IMG/VR virus record: IMGVR_UViG_2731957818_000004
Direction: 5' to 3' (one strand)
DNA: 41,546 bases
From: a virus
Taxonomy: Duplodnaviria; Heunggongvirae; Uroviricota; Caudoviricetes
Shown: one piece after another, positions 1 through 9,447 of the stretch
Layout: each line of letters opens with the position of its first letter
Position numbering within the stretch: the first letter of the stretch is position 1
The notes under the pieces: generated by a model
What the model saw: the letters and a program-made list of their open reading frames with translations, nothing else
Databases searched by the model: none
What the model was told of the DNA's origin: nothing
Program-made: the position numbers and the translations under genes

Positions 1-157
1 TTGAGGAACCTGTAAAACGGAAAGGCTCATTGAAGCCGTATATTTTCTGGAGGTTCATCAGGCGCGGAACTCATCAAGGCGCGGGAATAAAATCCCATTC
101 AGACGCCGGATAGATTCAAGCAAGCCAACTTGTCGTCAAAATCGGTGTTGCAAAAAC
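1..157 (+). ncRNA. Putative seek/bridge RNA region of the IS1111-type element (partial, ends approximate)
   Basis: Stem GAACCT(6-11)/AGGTTC(51-56) encloses AAAACGGAAA(14-23) and TATTTTC(41-47), which match the two strands of the Tn21 IR target. ATAGATTC(110-117) is identical to the IS end junction (168-175). Confidence 0.55.
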
Positions 158-172
158 GGGAGTGACCATAGA
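1..172 (+). mobile_element. Right (non-coding) end of IS4321/IS5075 (IS110 family, IS1111 group), partial
   Basis: Ends in ...GGGAGTGACCATAGA with the sub-terminal IR GGGAGTGACCAT at 158-169, directly abutting a split Tn21-type IR, the known target of IS4321/IS5075. Recognised from memory; the two IS cannot be told apart here. Confidence 0.85.
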
Positions 173-194
173 TTCCGTTTTCTGAGACGACCCC
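173..194 (-). mobile_element. Outer 22 bp of a Tn21-type terminal inverted repeat (tnp-end type); transposon body lies left of the window
   Basis: Minus strand reads GGGGTCGTCTCAGAAAACGGAA, the first 22 nt of the 38-bp Tn21-family IR. AGATC (195-199) is the expected position of the 5-bp target duplication. Confidence 0.9.
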
Positions 195-262
195 AGATCG
201 CGACAGATACTGAAGCCGAGGGCCACGCCTCCAGCAAAAGACAATAAGATGTATGGAATCAT
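195..262 (-). pseudogene. 5' part of a small membrane protein gene cut by the transposon
   Basis: ATG at 262 overlaps the upstream stop (TGATG). Reads MIPYILLSFAGGVALGFSICRD and runs into the IR at codon 23. Confidence 0.6.
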
Positions 263-474
263 CAGAACGCCACCGCCTCAGTCAATTGCTGCAACAGTGA
301 GTGTCCTTTTTCAGTGAGTTGATAGTTCTCCACACATCCCTTTGGCGAAACGTTAGCGACAAGATTCATACGTTCCAGTTTGGCGCGGGTCTTTGGCTTC
401 CAGTTGGCGTAGAACTCTTTCCATTGGCTGATTTCACGCAGAGTTTCCTTCTCCCGTTTACTTAACATGATCAT
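262..474 (-). CDS. Hypothetical 70-aa protein, probable winged-helix fold
   Basis: Tightly coupled ORF. LSKREKETL...L.RMNLV...YQLTEKG pattern typical of small wHTH proteins. Confidence 0.6.
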   Translation of the reverse strand: MIMLSKREKETLREISQWKEFYANWKPKTRAKLERMNLVANVSPKGCVENYQLTEKGHSLLQQLTEAVAF

Positions 475-634
475 CCTTAATCTCCTTCAGTGTGTACGTG
501 ATATCTACAATGCGGTAAATGCGGCCGCGCCTCTGCATGACACCGGCTTTTACGTAATCGTTGATGCAGCTGGACATAACCAGACTGCCGATAACAATGC
601 CGACGACCAAAAATACAATCATCCAGCCGAGCAT
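458..634 (-). CDS. 58-aa membrane protein (below ORF-track cut-off)
   Basis: ATG overlaps the ligase stop (TGATG). MLGWMIVFLVVGIVIGSLVMSSCINDYVKAGVMQRRGRIYRIVDITYTLKEIKDDHVK has an N-terminal TM segment. Confidence 0.65.
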   Translation of the reverse strand: MLGWMIVFLVVGIVIGSLVMSSCINDYVKAGVMQRRGRIYRIVDITYTLKEIKDDHVK

Positions 635-1956
635 CAGTCTTTATCTCCAATACGGTCTTCGGTATCTCGCAGACATTTCGGCCACTTCAGACGTGGGTGG
701 CGTAAGCTACCGTCTGGCGTTTTCTCATGGCAGTGAACCTCGACGATGCGTCCACGATATTTCTCCTGATTGTTCCAGATCTCATCCAGGTACTTATGTT
801 TGATACCGCTGGCACGCACGATGACGCCGTTCTCCAGACGAATCACTATCTTGCCTAGCGTATGCGCAAAGCCAGAGTCCGGGTCGCCTGGCTCGAAGTC
901 GATGATTTCACCGTCTTCGGAATCCTCGTCTTTCAGCTTCCACCAGCTGCGGGTACGCTTGAACTCGTAAACAGAATCCGGATCTTTGCCCATCTCCCCC
1001 TCTTCATTCTCATCCAGGCGCTTCATGAAGCGTTCGATAAAGTCTTCATGGCTATGGATGATGTAGAACGGATGCAGGTGGATATCTTGCGCGTAATCTT
1101 CCCCGCAAGTGTTGCGGAATAACGCCACCAGCATAGCCAGGCGATCTTTCAGCTTCATGCCGGTCTTCAGGTACTCTTTGCTTTTTGCCTGAGCACGCCA
1201 CTCCGGTAAGAAGAAATCGAAGATATGGTAAACGGCACCAATGGCTGTCACGTTCTTCTTGCGAAGCGCCGACACGGACTGGTTGAACGCACCTGCAGTA
1301 CCCTCACCATCGAAGAAGATGTGCTTGAAACCGGAGAGCCGGCCACGCTCCAGCATGGCCGGTTTAAGGTGATCGAGTGACGTAATCGGATTGCCGGTAC
1401 GCGTCAGGAAGTTCACCTCTTCCTCGTCAACGATGACTTCGCAGATAACCCGGAGACCATCGAGTTTGAGGCTGCCGATCATTGGCCACTTGGCCTTTGG
1501 GTTTGGTTTAAATGGGTATTTGTCGCCTTTCTCCTTGTACGGAGACGCCAGCTGTACCTCAAACTTCGGAATTGGGTTTTCGAACACCTTGTTGCACAGG
1601 CTAATGCCGACGCCGGCTTTCGGATCTTTCAGCAGGAAGCGACGAAACACGTCCTGCCCGTCAGCGCACATTGAGGCAACAAGTGATTCGACAGCAGTAA
1701 TGGCCGCGTTCCCGGTCAGTTCGCGCGCCGCCAGCTTCTCCAGCAGCTCGACTACCTTCTGGTCGCTGGGTACGGAAGTATCGAGTGGCTCGGCCACTTT
1801 GTACTTCTTCACACCGAATCGAATGAATGGGTTGAGCATTAGCGAGACCATGCTCTGCTCAAATTCATCAAGGTTGGCCAGCGCCTCTTTCTTGGCGTTG
1901 GTTCCCATCGTTTTTATGGCATCCAGCTTGTGCTTTAGGGCGATCAGTTTTTCCAT
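634..1956 (-). CDS. lig: ATP-dependent DNA ligase (phage type), 440 aa
   Basis: KLDGLR adenylation motif, FDGE, EGEMGK, WWKLK motifs and a C-terminal OB fold ending LRHPR. Confidence 0.95.
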   Translation of the reverse strand: MEKLIALKHKLDAIKTMGTNAKKEALANLDEFEQSMVSLMLNPFIRFGVKKYKVAEPLDTSVPSDQKVVELLEKLAARELTGNAAITAVESLVASMCADGQDVFRRFLLKDPKAGVGISLCNKVFENPIPKFEVQLASPYKEKGDKYPFKPNPKAKWPMIGSLKLDGLRVICEVIVDEEEVNFLTRTGNPITSLDHLKPAMLERGRLSGFKHIFFDGEGTAGAFNQSVSALRKKNVTAIGAVYHIFDFFLPEWRAQAKSKEYLKTGMKLKDRLAMLVALFRNTCGEDYAQDIHLHPFYIIHSHEDFIERFMKRLDENEEGEMGKDPDSVYEFKRTRSWWKLKDEDSEDGEIIDFEPGDPDSGFAHTLGKIVIRLENGVIVRASGIKHKYLDEIWNNQEKYRGRIVEVHCHEKTPDGSLRHPRLKWPKCLRDTEDRIGDKD

Positions 1957-1990
1957 TAGTGTTTAACCTCCATCGGTCGCTCGGGAGTTT

Positions 1991-2467
1991 TCATGTGTTT
2001 TCTTTGGTTGCTTCTTCAATGAGTGCCGCGTACACGTCAGTGACGGGCGCCAGTGAATCGGTGGACGTGGTTTCGGGTTTGGCTGGTTCTGTTTTCTTCG
2101 TGCGTTTAACCAGACTGTTAATCGTCATGGTGTTGCGCTTCCGGGTAAGCGTTCTGGCGCGGTCGTTTTGCTCTTCCACTTCTTTGATAAGCGCAGCCAT
2201 ATCGATGAAGTAGAGCTGTTCGCCTTTGCGGATCTCTTCGACCATCATCTTCAGCGCCTGGCATTTGCCAGCAGCAATGGCCGCAGCGCAGGACTGGAAC
2301 GATGTCGCCGGGAGACGCTTCTCTTTGTAGGCGAGGATGGTGTGCTGGCAGACTGTATAGCTGCAATGGGCCTCATGGCCGTTGATCTTCACTTCCGGAC
2401 AGCGCAGCGAATAACCGTTGTTTCCGGAGATAGACGGGATTTTCGACAAATCTGTTCTTGTGGACAT
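1991..2467 (-). CDS. Hypothetical 158-aa protein with Cys-rich N-terminal half
   Basis: Five Cys plus His in the first 70 aa, then a low-complexity Thr/Lys tail. Confidence 0.75.
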   Translation of the reverse strand: MSTRTDLSKIPSISGNNGYSLRCPEVKINGHEAHCSYTVCQHTILAYKEKRLPATSFQSCAAAIAAGKCQALKMMVEEIRKGEQLYFIDMAALIKEVEEQNDRARTLTRKRNTMTINSLVKRTKKTEPAKPETTSTDSLAPVTDVYAALIEEATKENT

Positions 2468-2477
2468 GCTTCTAACC

Positions 2478-2497
2478 GTAGTCGTGTACTTACTTAT
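2478..2497. promoter_or_regulatory. Motif A site (degenerate left half)
   Basis: GTAGTCG-TGTACT-TACTTAT, ~10 nt before the 2467 start. Confidence 0.5.
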
Positions 2498-2509
2498 TAA
2501 GCGCAGTTT

Positions 2510-2531
2510 AAAAAAGCCCCACCAGGGGGCT
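2510..2531 (-). terminator. Rho-independent terminator
   Basis: AGCCCC/GGGGCT stem followed by a T run on the minus strand, after the 2549 stop. Confidence 0.65.
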
Positions 2532-2548
2532 AAATGGTTTTTCGAGGC

Positions 2549-3343
2549 TTACCAGGTCGCCCAGCCAGTCATTTTGTCCTGAGCGGCTTCGAACCGGTAT
2601 GGCTCCAGTAAATCGTTGGCATGGTGGACGGCGTAGGATTTTGCCTCCTGTTTAATCATCGGCAGCTCGTTGGCCAGGCGTGCCACCTGCCCTGCAAAAC
2701 TGGCGAGCACACCGTCACATGCCTGACCCGCGTCGACAATGATGCGCACCAGGTCTAAGTCGCTGCGGCACATATCGCAGATGATGCCGTATTCCACCTC
2801 ACGAATGCGCTCAACGGCTTTTTTGGTATCGCCACTGACCACCAATTCCAGCAAACCAGGTGGTGTTGTCAGATCGGTAACGCGTTCAGTAACTTCAGGC
2901 AGTTCGACAATGCTCAGGAACGCCGCAATAGACGGATCATCCTCTACACCAGCCCTGCCTTTGATCGCGCGAAGAGTTGCGTCGACAATTTCCTCAAATC
3001 GTTCACCTTCATCACACACCGCCTGATTGGTGTAGACAACGCGGCCGTCGTACCATGCACCGGCACGTACTTCGACCGTTGCGTCCTTCATTTTGCGAGT
3101 GAACGCCACGAATGCCGCGCGTTTCTGTTTAACACCAGGCAGCTCTGGGGACTCTCCAAAACGAACCCATACCCGCATGTATTTCGAGCCTTCCCCAAGA
3201 GGTGCGGTGCTCACAGACGTGGCGATGTGCTCCAGCGCAGTTTGGATCGCCTCATCGATAATCTTCTGGCGCTCTTCTGTATCAATTTCTACGCCTGATT
3301 TGTCGATAATTTCGGTAACGGACTTCTGAATATCTGCTTTCAT
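2549..3343 (-). CDS. Hypothetical 264-aa protein
   Basis: Long ORF with a GAGGA RBS; no recognisable motif. Confidence 0.8.
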   Translation of the reverse strand: MKADIQKSVTEIIDKSGVEIDTEERQKIIDEAIQTALEHIATSVSTAPLGEGSKYMRVWVRFGESPELPGVKQKRAAFVAFTRKMKDATVEVRAGAWYDGRVVYTNQAVCDEGERFEEIVDATLRAIKGRAGVEDDPSIAAFLSIVELPEVTERVTDLTTPPGLLELVVSGDTKKAVERIREVEYGIICDMCRSDLDLVRIIVDAGQACDGVLASFAGQVARLANELPMIKQEAKSYAVHHANDLLEPYRFEAAQDKMTGWATW

Positions 3344-3386
3344 AAAGGTTCCTCAATTCCTTCGTCGAGCATATTCTTACAGAAAA

Positions 3387-3406
3387 ATAAGTATGTATCT
3401 ACTTAT
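3387..3406. promoter_or_regulatory. Motif A site
   Basis: ATAAGTA-TGTATC-TACTTAT, perfect dyad. Confidence 0.65.
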
Positions 3407-3423
3407 CATTAAAGGCGTGCAAT

Positions 3424-4539
3424 TTATACAAGAGCTTTAATGCCGAGTACCTTGCTTTGTAGCTCCAACTGTCTGGAGTACGGCTTGGCACGATAATAGG
3501 CTTTTAGTATCTGCTCTGGCGTCGCGTCGCCGGGGTCGAGGCCTTCTTCGCCCAGACAGGCCACTTTGACATTCAGTCCGATGCTGGTGAGACGTTTGGC
3601 CGCTGACATGGTGTTGCGGATCGCTTGCTTTTCGCTGTCCCACATCATGATGACGTTGCGTAATCCACGCGCCTTGAGCGTCAGGAACGCGCCTAACTGA
3701 TCTTCAGCGTCCTCATTCATATTTCCGGACAAGTGCATCCCGAACGTGCCAATTGGCTCTACATAATCCCGCAGCGTCTCTTCGTCGAAGATGGCTCGCT
3801 TCACGCCCATTACGTCAAATGCCCCTTCACACACAACGACCGTTTGTTTTCCGACTGCATTGTGGCCGTTGTAGAGAAACTTGCCAGACGCCGGCAGCTG
3901 CATGGGGAAGAGGTAACGGCGTTCTGCTGCACCGGTAATGTCACGCCCCTGGAAGGTCTTCATCACGCCATCCAGATCGTAAACCGGTATCAGGATGCGC
4001 ATATCAAACACCTGCCCTTTGACCTGGTCTGTGTACGGATCGACGTATGCGTGCTTGCCTTCGACGCAGTAACGCAGATCAAAGTATTTGGCCAGCTCCG
4101 GGGAGATATGGCGCTCCACCAGATAATCAGGAAGACGACCGTCAATGGGGAGTTCGTAATGGCGCGGGAGAGCTACTGGCACTTCGAGTTCAACCTTGCT
4201 GGCCAGCACGACCTCTTCCGTCTTCGGCGCCCATCCTTGTGAGATCAGCGCGTTCTGGACGTACTCTTCAAAATCGCGACGGGATTTGCCGCTGTAGTGC
4301 TTGAGGAAGACCAGCTTGTTGAACTGAATCTCTTCGGGATGATCACCAGCAAAGCATTTGCCGACGCCATTGGTCAGGTTGAAATAAACCTTCCAGTTTG
4401 AGCTGCCGCATACCGGACACTCCTTGATATTCACCTCACGTCCACGAGTACTGACGCCACCACGACGGTAGATGATTCCTTCCATATCGAGCCATTGTTC
4501 AAAATCCAGCTCGGTCAGTAATTCTTTCAAGTCGCTCAC
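3424..4539 (-). CDS. DNA primase (Zn finger + TOPRIM), ~371 aa; likely GTG start at 4539
   Basis: CPVC...C..H zinc-binding region, VVCEGAFD and MMWDSE TOPRIM motifs, DPGD. The ORF-track extension to 4635 looks non-coding. Confidence 0.85.
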   Translation of the reverse strand: MSDLKELLTELDFEQWLDMEGIIYRRGGVSTRGREVNIKECPVCGSSNWKVYFNLTNGVGKCFAGDHPEEIQFNKLVFLKHYSGKSRRDFEEYVQNALISQGWAPKTEEVVLASKVELEVPVALPRHYELPIDGRLPDYLVERHISPELAKYFDLRYCVEGKHAYVDPYTDQVKGQVFDMRILIPVYDLDGVMKTFQGRDITGAAERRYLFPMQLPASGKFLYNGHNAVGKQTVVVCEGAFDVMGVKRAIFDEETLRDYVEPIGTFGMHLSGNMNEDAEDQLGAFLTLKARGLRNVIMMWDSEKQAIRNTMSAAKRLTSIGLNVKVACLGEEGLDPGDATPEQILKAYYRAKPYSRQLELQSKVLGIKALV

Positions 4540-4570
4540 GTTCTTAACCCTACTTTTTGCAGGTAATATC

Positions 4571-4598
4571 TTGATAAGCCTCGGTATTTGAATACCAT
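4571..4598 (+). promoter_or_regulatory. Candidate sigma70 promoter, antisense to the replication operon
   Basis: TTGATA-16 nt-TACCAT. Confidence 0.4.
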
Positions 4599-4664
4599 AA
4601 AGGCTCATGTGTTTTTTCTTTTGTGGCTTTGGCAAAAGAGAAAATTTGTTCTCTTATGGAGACC

Positions 4665-4699
4665 GGCGTGGAGAGCGTTTCTTCACGCCTTCTTTTTTT
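4665..4699 (+). terminator. Plus-strand intrinsic terminator between helicase and primase
   Basis: GGCGTG/CACGCC stem followed by TTCTTTTTTT. Confidence 0.5.
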
Positions 4700-6038
4700 A
4701 GAGGACGTCCATAATGCGTTCGATGAATCGCATTTGTTCGAGGTTCTGCTTAACGCGGATGCTTACGCCGCCTTTCTGGTTACGTGAACCAGCGAAGTAC
4801 AGACGCGCTTCGCCTTTCGCTTCTTCCTCTTCCGTTTTGTTGATCGTGATAACGAGGTCAGCGATACGCACCTTCTCGATGTTATCCGCTGCGTGCATCA
4901 TTGTGGCCACCTCTGAAGCACCACCTTCCCTGTTAGTCTGCGATGCAGTGATGCCGGCAACGTTGTGTTTGTCGTACAGCGCACGCAGGTCAGTGTAGAT
5001 GCTGCGAATGTTGGCGCGGTCGTCGCGGAGGTCGTAGCTGGCACGCATCAGGTCAGCGTAGTCGACCACGACCATGTCGGGGATCATGCCATTGGCTTTC
5101 ATGCTGCCCAACATACGATCCAGATCTGCAGGCGACATGCTTCCGGACGGTCTTTCAACAATCCACAAACTCCCCACGCCTTTCGTCGCGCCAAGCTCTG
5201 CCAGTTTGCGATGGACGTCGTCGCGGCGCTCCACCAGCTTGGACATTTCGGTCTCAGACAGACGGGCGTCAAAGCGATCTGACAGAATGGAGGTGTGAAC
5301 TTCCAGCGACAGATACAGGACGTTGTAACCGGCAAGCGTGGCGTTGATGGAGAACTCGCCCATCGCCGTCGATTTACCAGATTTCGCGAAGCCCATGAAC
5401 AGCACCATTTCACGCTTTGCCCAGCCTTTCTGGTAAAGCAGCTTGTCGAGCAGCGGTAGACCCGTTGTGATGCTGTTTGGCACGTAATCGTCGGACGCCT
5501 CATACTCACGCGCCTTGTAACGCTCTGCTGATTCGGAGAAGTAATCGTAAATGCCGGTCGCTTCGTTAGAGCCGATTTGCTGGACTTTGGCCATGATTGC
5601 CATTGCGCCCTGGAAATCGCCCTTCTCTTTCATCTCAGCCGCTTTAATCAGCGCGTCGTCGAACGCTACGCTTTTGGCAAACGTGGCAACCTGGTCGACC
5701 ATGTAGGCCGTATCTGACAGCTTCTCAGCGAGAATCCGCTTAAACGCCTCAACGACGTCGGGGAACAGCTCTTCGCGGATCGTCTTATCGCGTTTGGCGC
5801 GTTTGAGCATGTCGAGGATGGCCGACGATGATGGTGCGCTCTTATACATTCTGTAGTAGCCCGACACCATGTTCACCAGAATGGCGTTGGCCGCATTGGA
5901 GAACTGGTTTGGCGCAACCAGATCACCGGCGCGAGTCAGAAACTCATGGTCGCGACAGAAGTAGGCTGCGAGTCGATTCTGGAAGTCGTCGTCGAACTCT
6001 TCAGACAACCCTCGTCCTGTGTGGCAAAGTTCGGTCAT
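4698..6038 (-). CDS. Replicative SF4 (DnaB-like) helicase, 446 aa
   Basis: Walker A GFAKSGKS, YLSLE, VVVDYADL, ASQTNR motifs; AAGGA RBS. Confidence 0.92.
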   Translation of the reverse strand: MTELCHTGRGLSEEFDDDFQNRLAAYFCRDHEFLTRAGDLVAPNQFSNAANAILVNMVSGYYRMYKSAPSSSAILDMLKRAKRDKTIREELFPDVVEAFKRILAEKLSDTAYMVDQVATFAKSVAFDDALIKAAEMKEKGDFQGAMAIMAKVQQIGSNEATGIYDYFSESAERYKAREYEASDDYVPNSITTGLPLLDKLLYQKGWAKREMVLFMGFAKSGKSTAMGEFSINATLAGYNVLYLSLEVHTSILSDRFDARLSETEMSKLVERRDDVHRKLAELGATKGVGSLWIVERPSGSMSPADLDRMLGSMKANGMIPDMVVVDYADLMRASYDLRDDRANIRSIYTDLRALYDKHNVAGITASQTNREGGASEVATMMHAADNIEKVRIADLVITINKTEEEEAKGEARLYFAGSRNQKGGVSIRVKQNLEQMRFIERIMDVL

Positions 6039-6057
6039 GTGCTTTCCTTTGGTGCTT

Positions 6058-6070
6058 AAACAATTTGTTT
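6058..6070. promoter_or_regulatory. Motif B site
   Basis: AAACAA-T-TTGTTT upstream of the helicase RBS. Confidence 0.55.
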
Positions 6071-6098
6071 TCTAATACTAAAAAAGCCAAATAGGGGA

Positions 6099-6824
6099 TC
6101 AACAGAATCGCCGTGCTTCTTCCAGTTCTTCCGGGAAGTGCGCGTAAATCACACGCTCAGGCACGATTTCCATCAACCAGATAGCGGAGAAGATGATGCG
6201 GACACGCTTGTCTCGGGTAATGCCACGCAGACGCTCCAGAACCCACTCAAAATAGCGTTCTTGAATCGGGTCGTGCTGCATGTCTCCCAGATGCTTAAAA
6301 CTCACCAGAGAGTCATCCAGACGGGTTACAGCTCGTTTGGCTAACTTCTCTTCGAATATCTCGATCAGCTCGGGCTGCCAGAGATGCTGGGGGCGAGGTA
6401 ATTTGTCCCACAGACGGCGTGCAGCTGCGGAAAGAACGGTAGAAATGAAGTAGTCATAAGAGCAGCAGTACTGGTCGGCAAACTGGCGTGCTTTCCAGAG
6501 AGACGTTTTGTTGGCCGTCGACAGCTCCTGATACGGCACACGTTTCAAACCGGTAGTGAATTGGGCCGTCTCATAGTGTTCGCGGCCATGCGACAGCATG
6601 ATGTATGAGTACTGGCGCTTGTATGCCTCAGTGAAGAGGCATGTGGCCATAAGCGGGTGCATGTCGCGGTAATCGAACCATTTAGTTTCGAACAGCTCTG
6701 CCTCGTTCTGGCAGCGTGACAGACCGATGTTCTCAGCAACCCACTTGTCCATGACTGCGGTATCCCACTCAGTCATGAAGTCGTACTGCTCATTGTTGAT
6801 GGTGTTAAAGAATATCTGGCTCAT
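6099..6824 (-). CDS. Hypothetical ~241-aa protein, first gene of the replication block (start 6824 or 6860)
   Basis: Long aromatic-rich ORF directly upstream of the helicase; start uncertain. Confidence 0.8.
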   Translation of the reverse strand: MSQIFFNTINNEQYDFMTEWDTAVMDKWVAENIGLSRCQNEAELFETKWFDYRDMHPLMATCLFTEAYKRQYSYIMLSHGREHYETAQFTTGLKRVPYQELSTANKTSLWKARQFADQYCCSYDYFISTVLSAAARRLWDKLPRPQHLWQPELIEIFEEKLAKRAVTRLDDSLVSFKHLGDMQHDPIQERYFEWVLERLRGITRDKRVRIIFSAIWLMEIVPERVIYAHFPEELEEARRFC

Positions 6825-6837
6825 GTGCTTGGCTTGG

Positions 6838-6857
6838 GTAGGTATATACTTACTTAT
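6838..6857. promoter_or_regulatory. Motif A site
   Basis: GTAGGTA-TATACT-TACTTAT. Confidence 0.65.
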
Positions 6858-6936
6858 CAAAGTGAGCGAATCATAGCGACTGGAGACAGTTTTTGGAAGT
6901 GGAAACAGAAGGGTAAGTCTGGGAAGTCTTGGTCGT

Positions 6937-7003
6937 AAAAGACCTGCTTCCGTATATTTTAAATAAGTACTTTATTATTTATATATACAGAAACAGGTCT
7001 TTT
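6937..7003. repeat. Long inverted repeat, copy 1 of the twin palindromic cassette (motif A-like core at 6963-6982)
   Basis: Arms 6937-6957 and 6983-7003 are complementary at 19/21 positions around a 25-nt AT-rich spacer. Confidence 0.85.
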
Positions 7004-7080
7004 GTAATGAGTTGCTGCCAGCCCGCCCAGACCTTACCATATCTTCATGATCAGCTTTCATCATCGTAGGTAATGTCGTT

Positions 7081-8136
<1,056 letters not shown>

Positions 8137-8152
8137 CACCGTATCTCTAAAA

Positions 8153-8182
8153 ACTTCTAAGGTGGATGGCCACCTTAGAAGT
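8153..8182. terminator. Hairpin between convergent genes
   Basis: ACTTCTAAGGTGG-ATGG-CCACCTTAGAAGT, perfect 13-bp stem. Confidence 0.6.
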
Positions 8183-8192
8183 GAAGTAACCA

Positions 8193-8552
8193 TCAGCCTT
8201 TCTTCATCAGCTCGCGCTTGATTTCATCGGTGCGCATCGTTACATCGGCGGCGGTGATCGCCTCGTTCAGCTTCACGATTTCTTCGATTTCCTGCGGCGA
8301 CTTTTCTGCCAGATGGAAAATGGCTGCACGAATCACGTCAGAACGGGTGAACTTCTCGAAACGAGGGATGAACTTCATCATCTCCAGCAGATCGAAGTAC
8401 TCGTCTTCCAGCGACATTGTGCGGCTCTTAATCTTCTCTTTCCCACGAGTCGGACGCCCCTGCGGTCTGACTGGCTGGCGCATTGGGGTGCTGCTTTTTA
8501 CCGGTTCTTCCGGATCTTTGCGCTTTGCAAGGTCTCCCATTCTCATGGACAT
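8193..8552 (-). CDS. Putative partition partner (ParG/CopG-like ribbon-helix-helix), 119 aa
   Basis: Coupled to the parA stop (TAATG). Flexible basic N-terminus, then SRTMSL...TRSDVIRAAI strand-helix-helix pattern. Confidence 0.65.
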   Translation of the reverse strand: MSMRMGDLAKRKDPEEPVKSSTPMRQPVRPQGRPTRGKEKIKSRTMSLEDEYFDLLEMMKFIPRFEKFTRSDVIRAAIFHLAEKSPQEIEEIVKLNEAITAADVTMRTDEIKRELMKKG

Positions 8553-9217
8553 TATTCTTCCTCCAGACTCATGATGTAATCTACAAACTCTTCAAACTCG
8601 GCTTCTGCCTTCTTATCGCGTTCGGCGCCAGTCATTTCAAAGATAGAACGACCTGCCTCTTCCGCGTCGTCATAAACGTTACGGTTGTACAGGTTAACCG
8701 GCGCAGCCTCGATGCCGAATGTCTCGACAATTTCCTTCGCTGCCAGAATACGTGACGCCTGGGAAGGCAGTGACGGACACTGGTTCACTACCGCGCGGAT
8801 CTTCACAGTCTCGTTCACGTTGCGAACGTTGTCGATAATCGGGTCGATATCACGCAGGGATTTCAAATCACGACGCTTAGGGCGCAGCGGGATGACAATC
8901 ACGTCAGCCATAAGCATCGCCAGACGCTGAATTTCGGAGTCAAAGCCACCAGCATCCACCACTACATAATCGGTGCGTCCCTGAAGTGATTTAAGATGTT
9001 TGACGATGTCGTCCTGAACGTATGCGAACGGGATTAGCTCAAGATCTTCGTTCTGGCGACGGTCTTCACACCAGCTCGTAGTTGTGCGCTGAATATCAAT
9101 ATCGGTTACATGAACCTTCTTTTTCTTCTTAACTTTGAGGCATACCGCAATTTGCTGGGCAACGGTAGATTTGCCTGGGCCGCCTTTTGTGCCGCCAACC
9201 ACAATGATCTTGGTCAT
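8552..9217 (-). CDS. parA: ParA-family partition ATPase (short type Ib), 221 aa
   Basis: Deviant Walker A GGTKGGPGKST, DIDIQ, VVVDAGG, AD..VIP; no N-terminal HTH. Confidence 0.92.
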   Translation of the reverse strand: MTKIIVVGGTKGGPGKSTVAQQIAVCLKVKKKKKVHVTDIDIQRTTTSWCEDRRQNEDLELIPFAYVQDDIVKHLKSLQGRTDYVVVDAGGFDSEIQRLAMLMADVIVIPLRPKRRDLKSLRDIDPIIDNVRNVNETVKIRAVVNQCPSLPSQASRILAAKEIVETFGIEAAPVNLYNRNVYDDAEEAGRSIFEMTGAERDKKAEAEFEEFVDYIMSLEEE

Positions 9218-9252
9218 TGGTGAGTTCCCTTTGCGTGAATTATTGTCGTATG

Positions 9253-9265
9253 AAACAACTTGTTT
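9253..9265. promoter_or_regulatory. Motif B site
   Basis: AAACAA-C-TTGTTT, 36 nt upstream of parA. Confidence 0.55.
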
Positions 9266-9358
9266 TCTTATATGCGATATAGCCTAAATGCCTACGGCTA
9301 CGGTGTAAAGGTGAAATGATAGGCAGTACGGGTGTTGGCTCACAGGACAAACAATCAG

Positions 9359-9387
9359 TTGAAAGTTTGTTCGATTGGCTTTATAGT
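9359..9387 (+). promoter_or_regulatory. Sigma70 promoter of the TA operon
   Basis: TTGAAA-17 nt-TATAGT. Confidence 0.7.
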
Positions 9388-9389
9388 TC

Positions 9390-9412
9390 TTGTACGGAAA
9401 GATGCCGTACAA
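9390..9412. promoter_or_regulatory. Likely antitoxin operator
   Basis: TTGTACGG-AAAGATG-CCGTACAA dyad over the predicted transcription start. Confidence 0.65.
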
Positions 9413-9447
9413 AGAGTGGCGTAATCCGTCTACAAAACTAAATGCGA

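Noticed and set aside
4540-4635. ORF-track N-terminal extensions (primase; likewise K 24056-24211, i-spanin 10808-10909, antitoxin 9522-9560, head closure 32473-32586)
   Set aside because: They overlap upstream genes or regulatory DNA, and better RBS-supported starts lie downstream.
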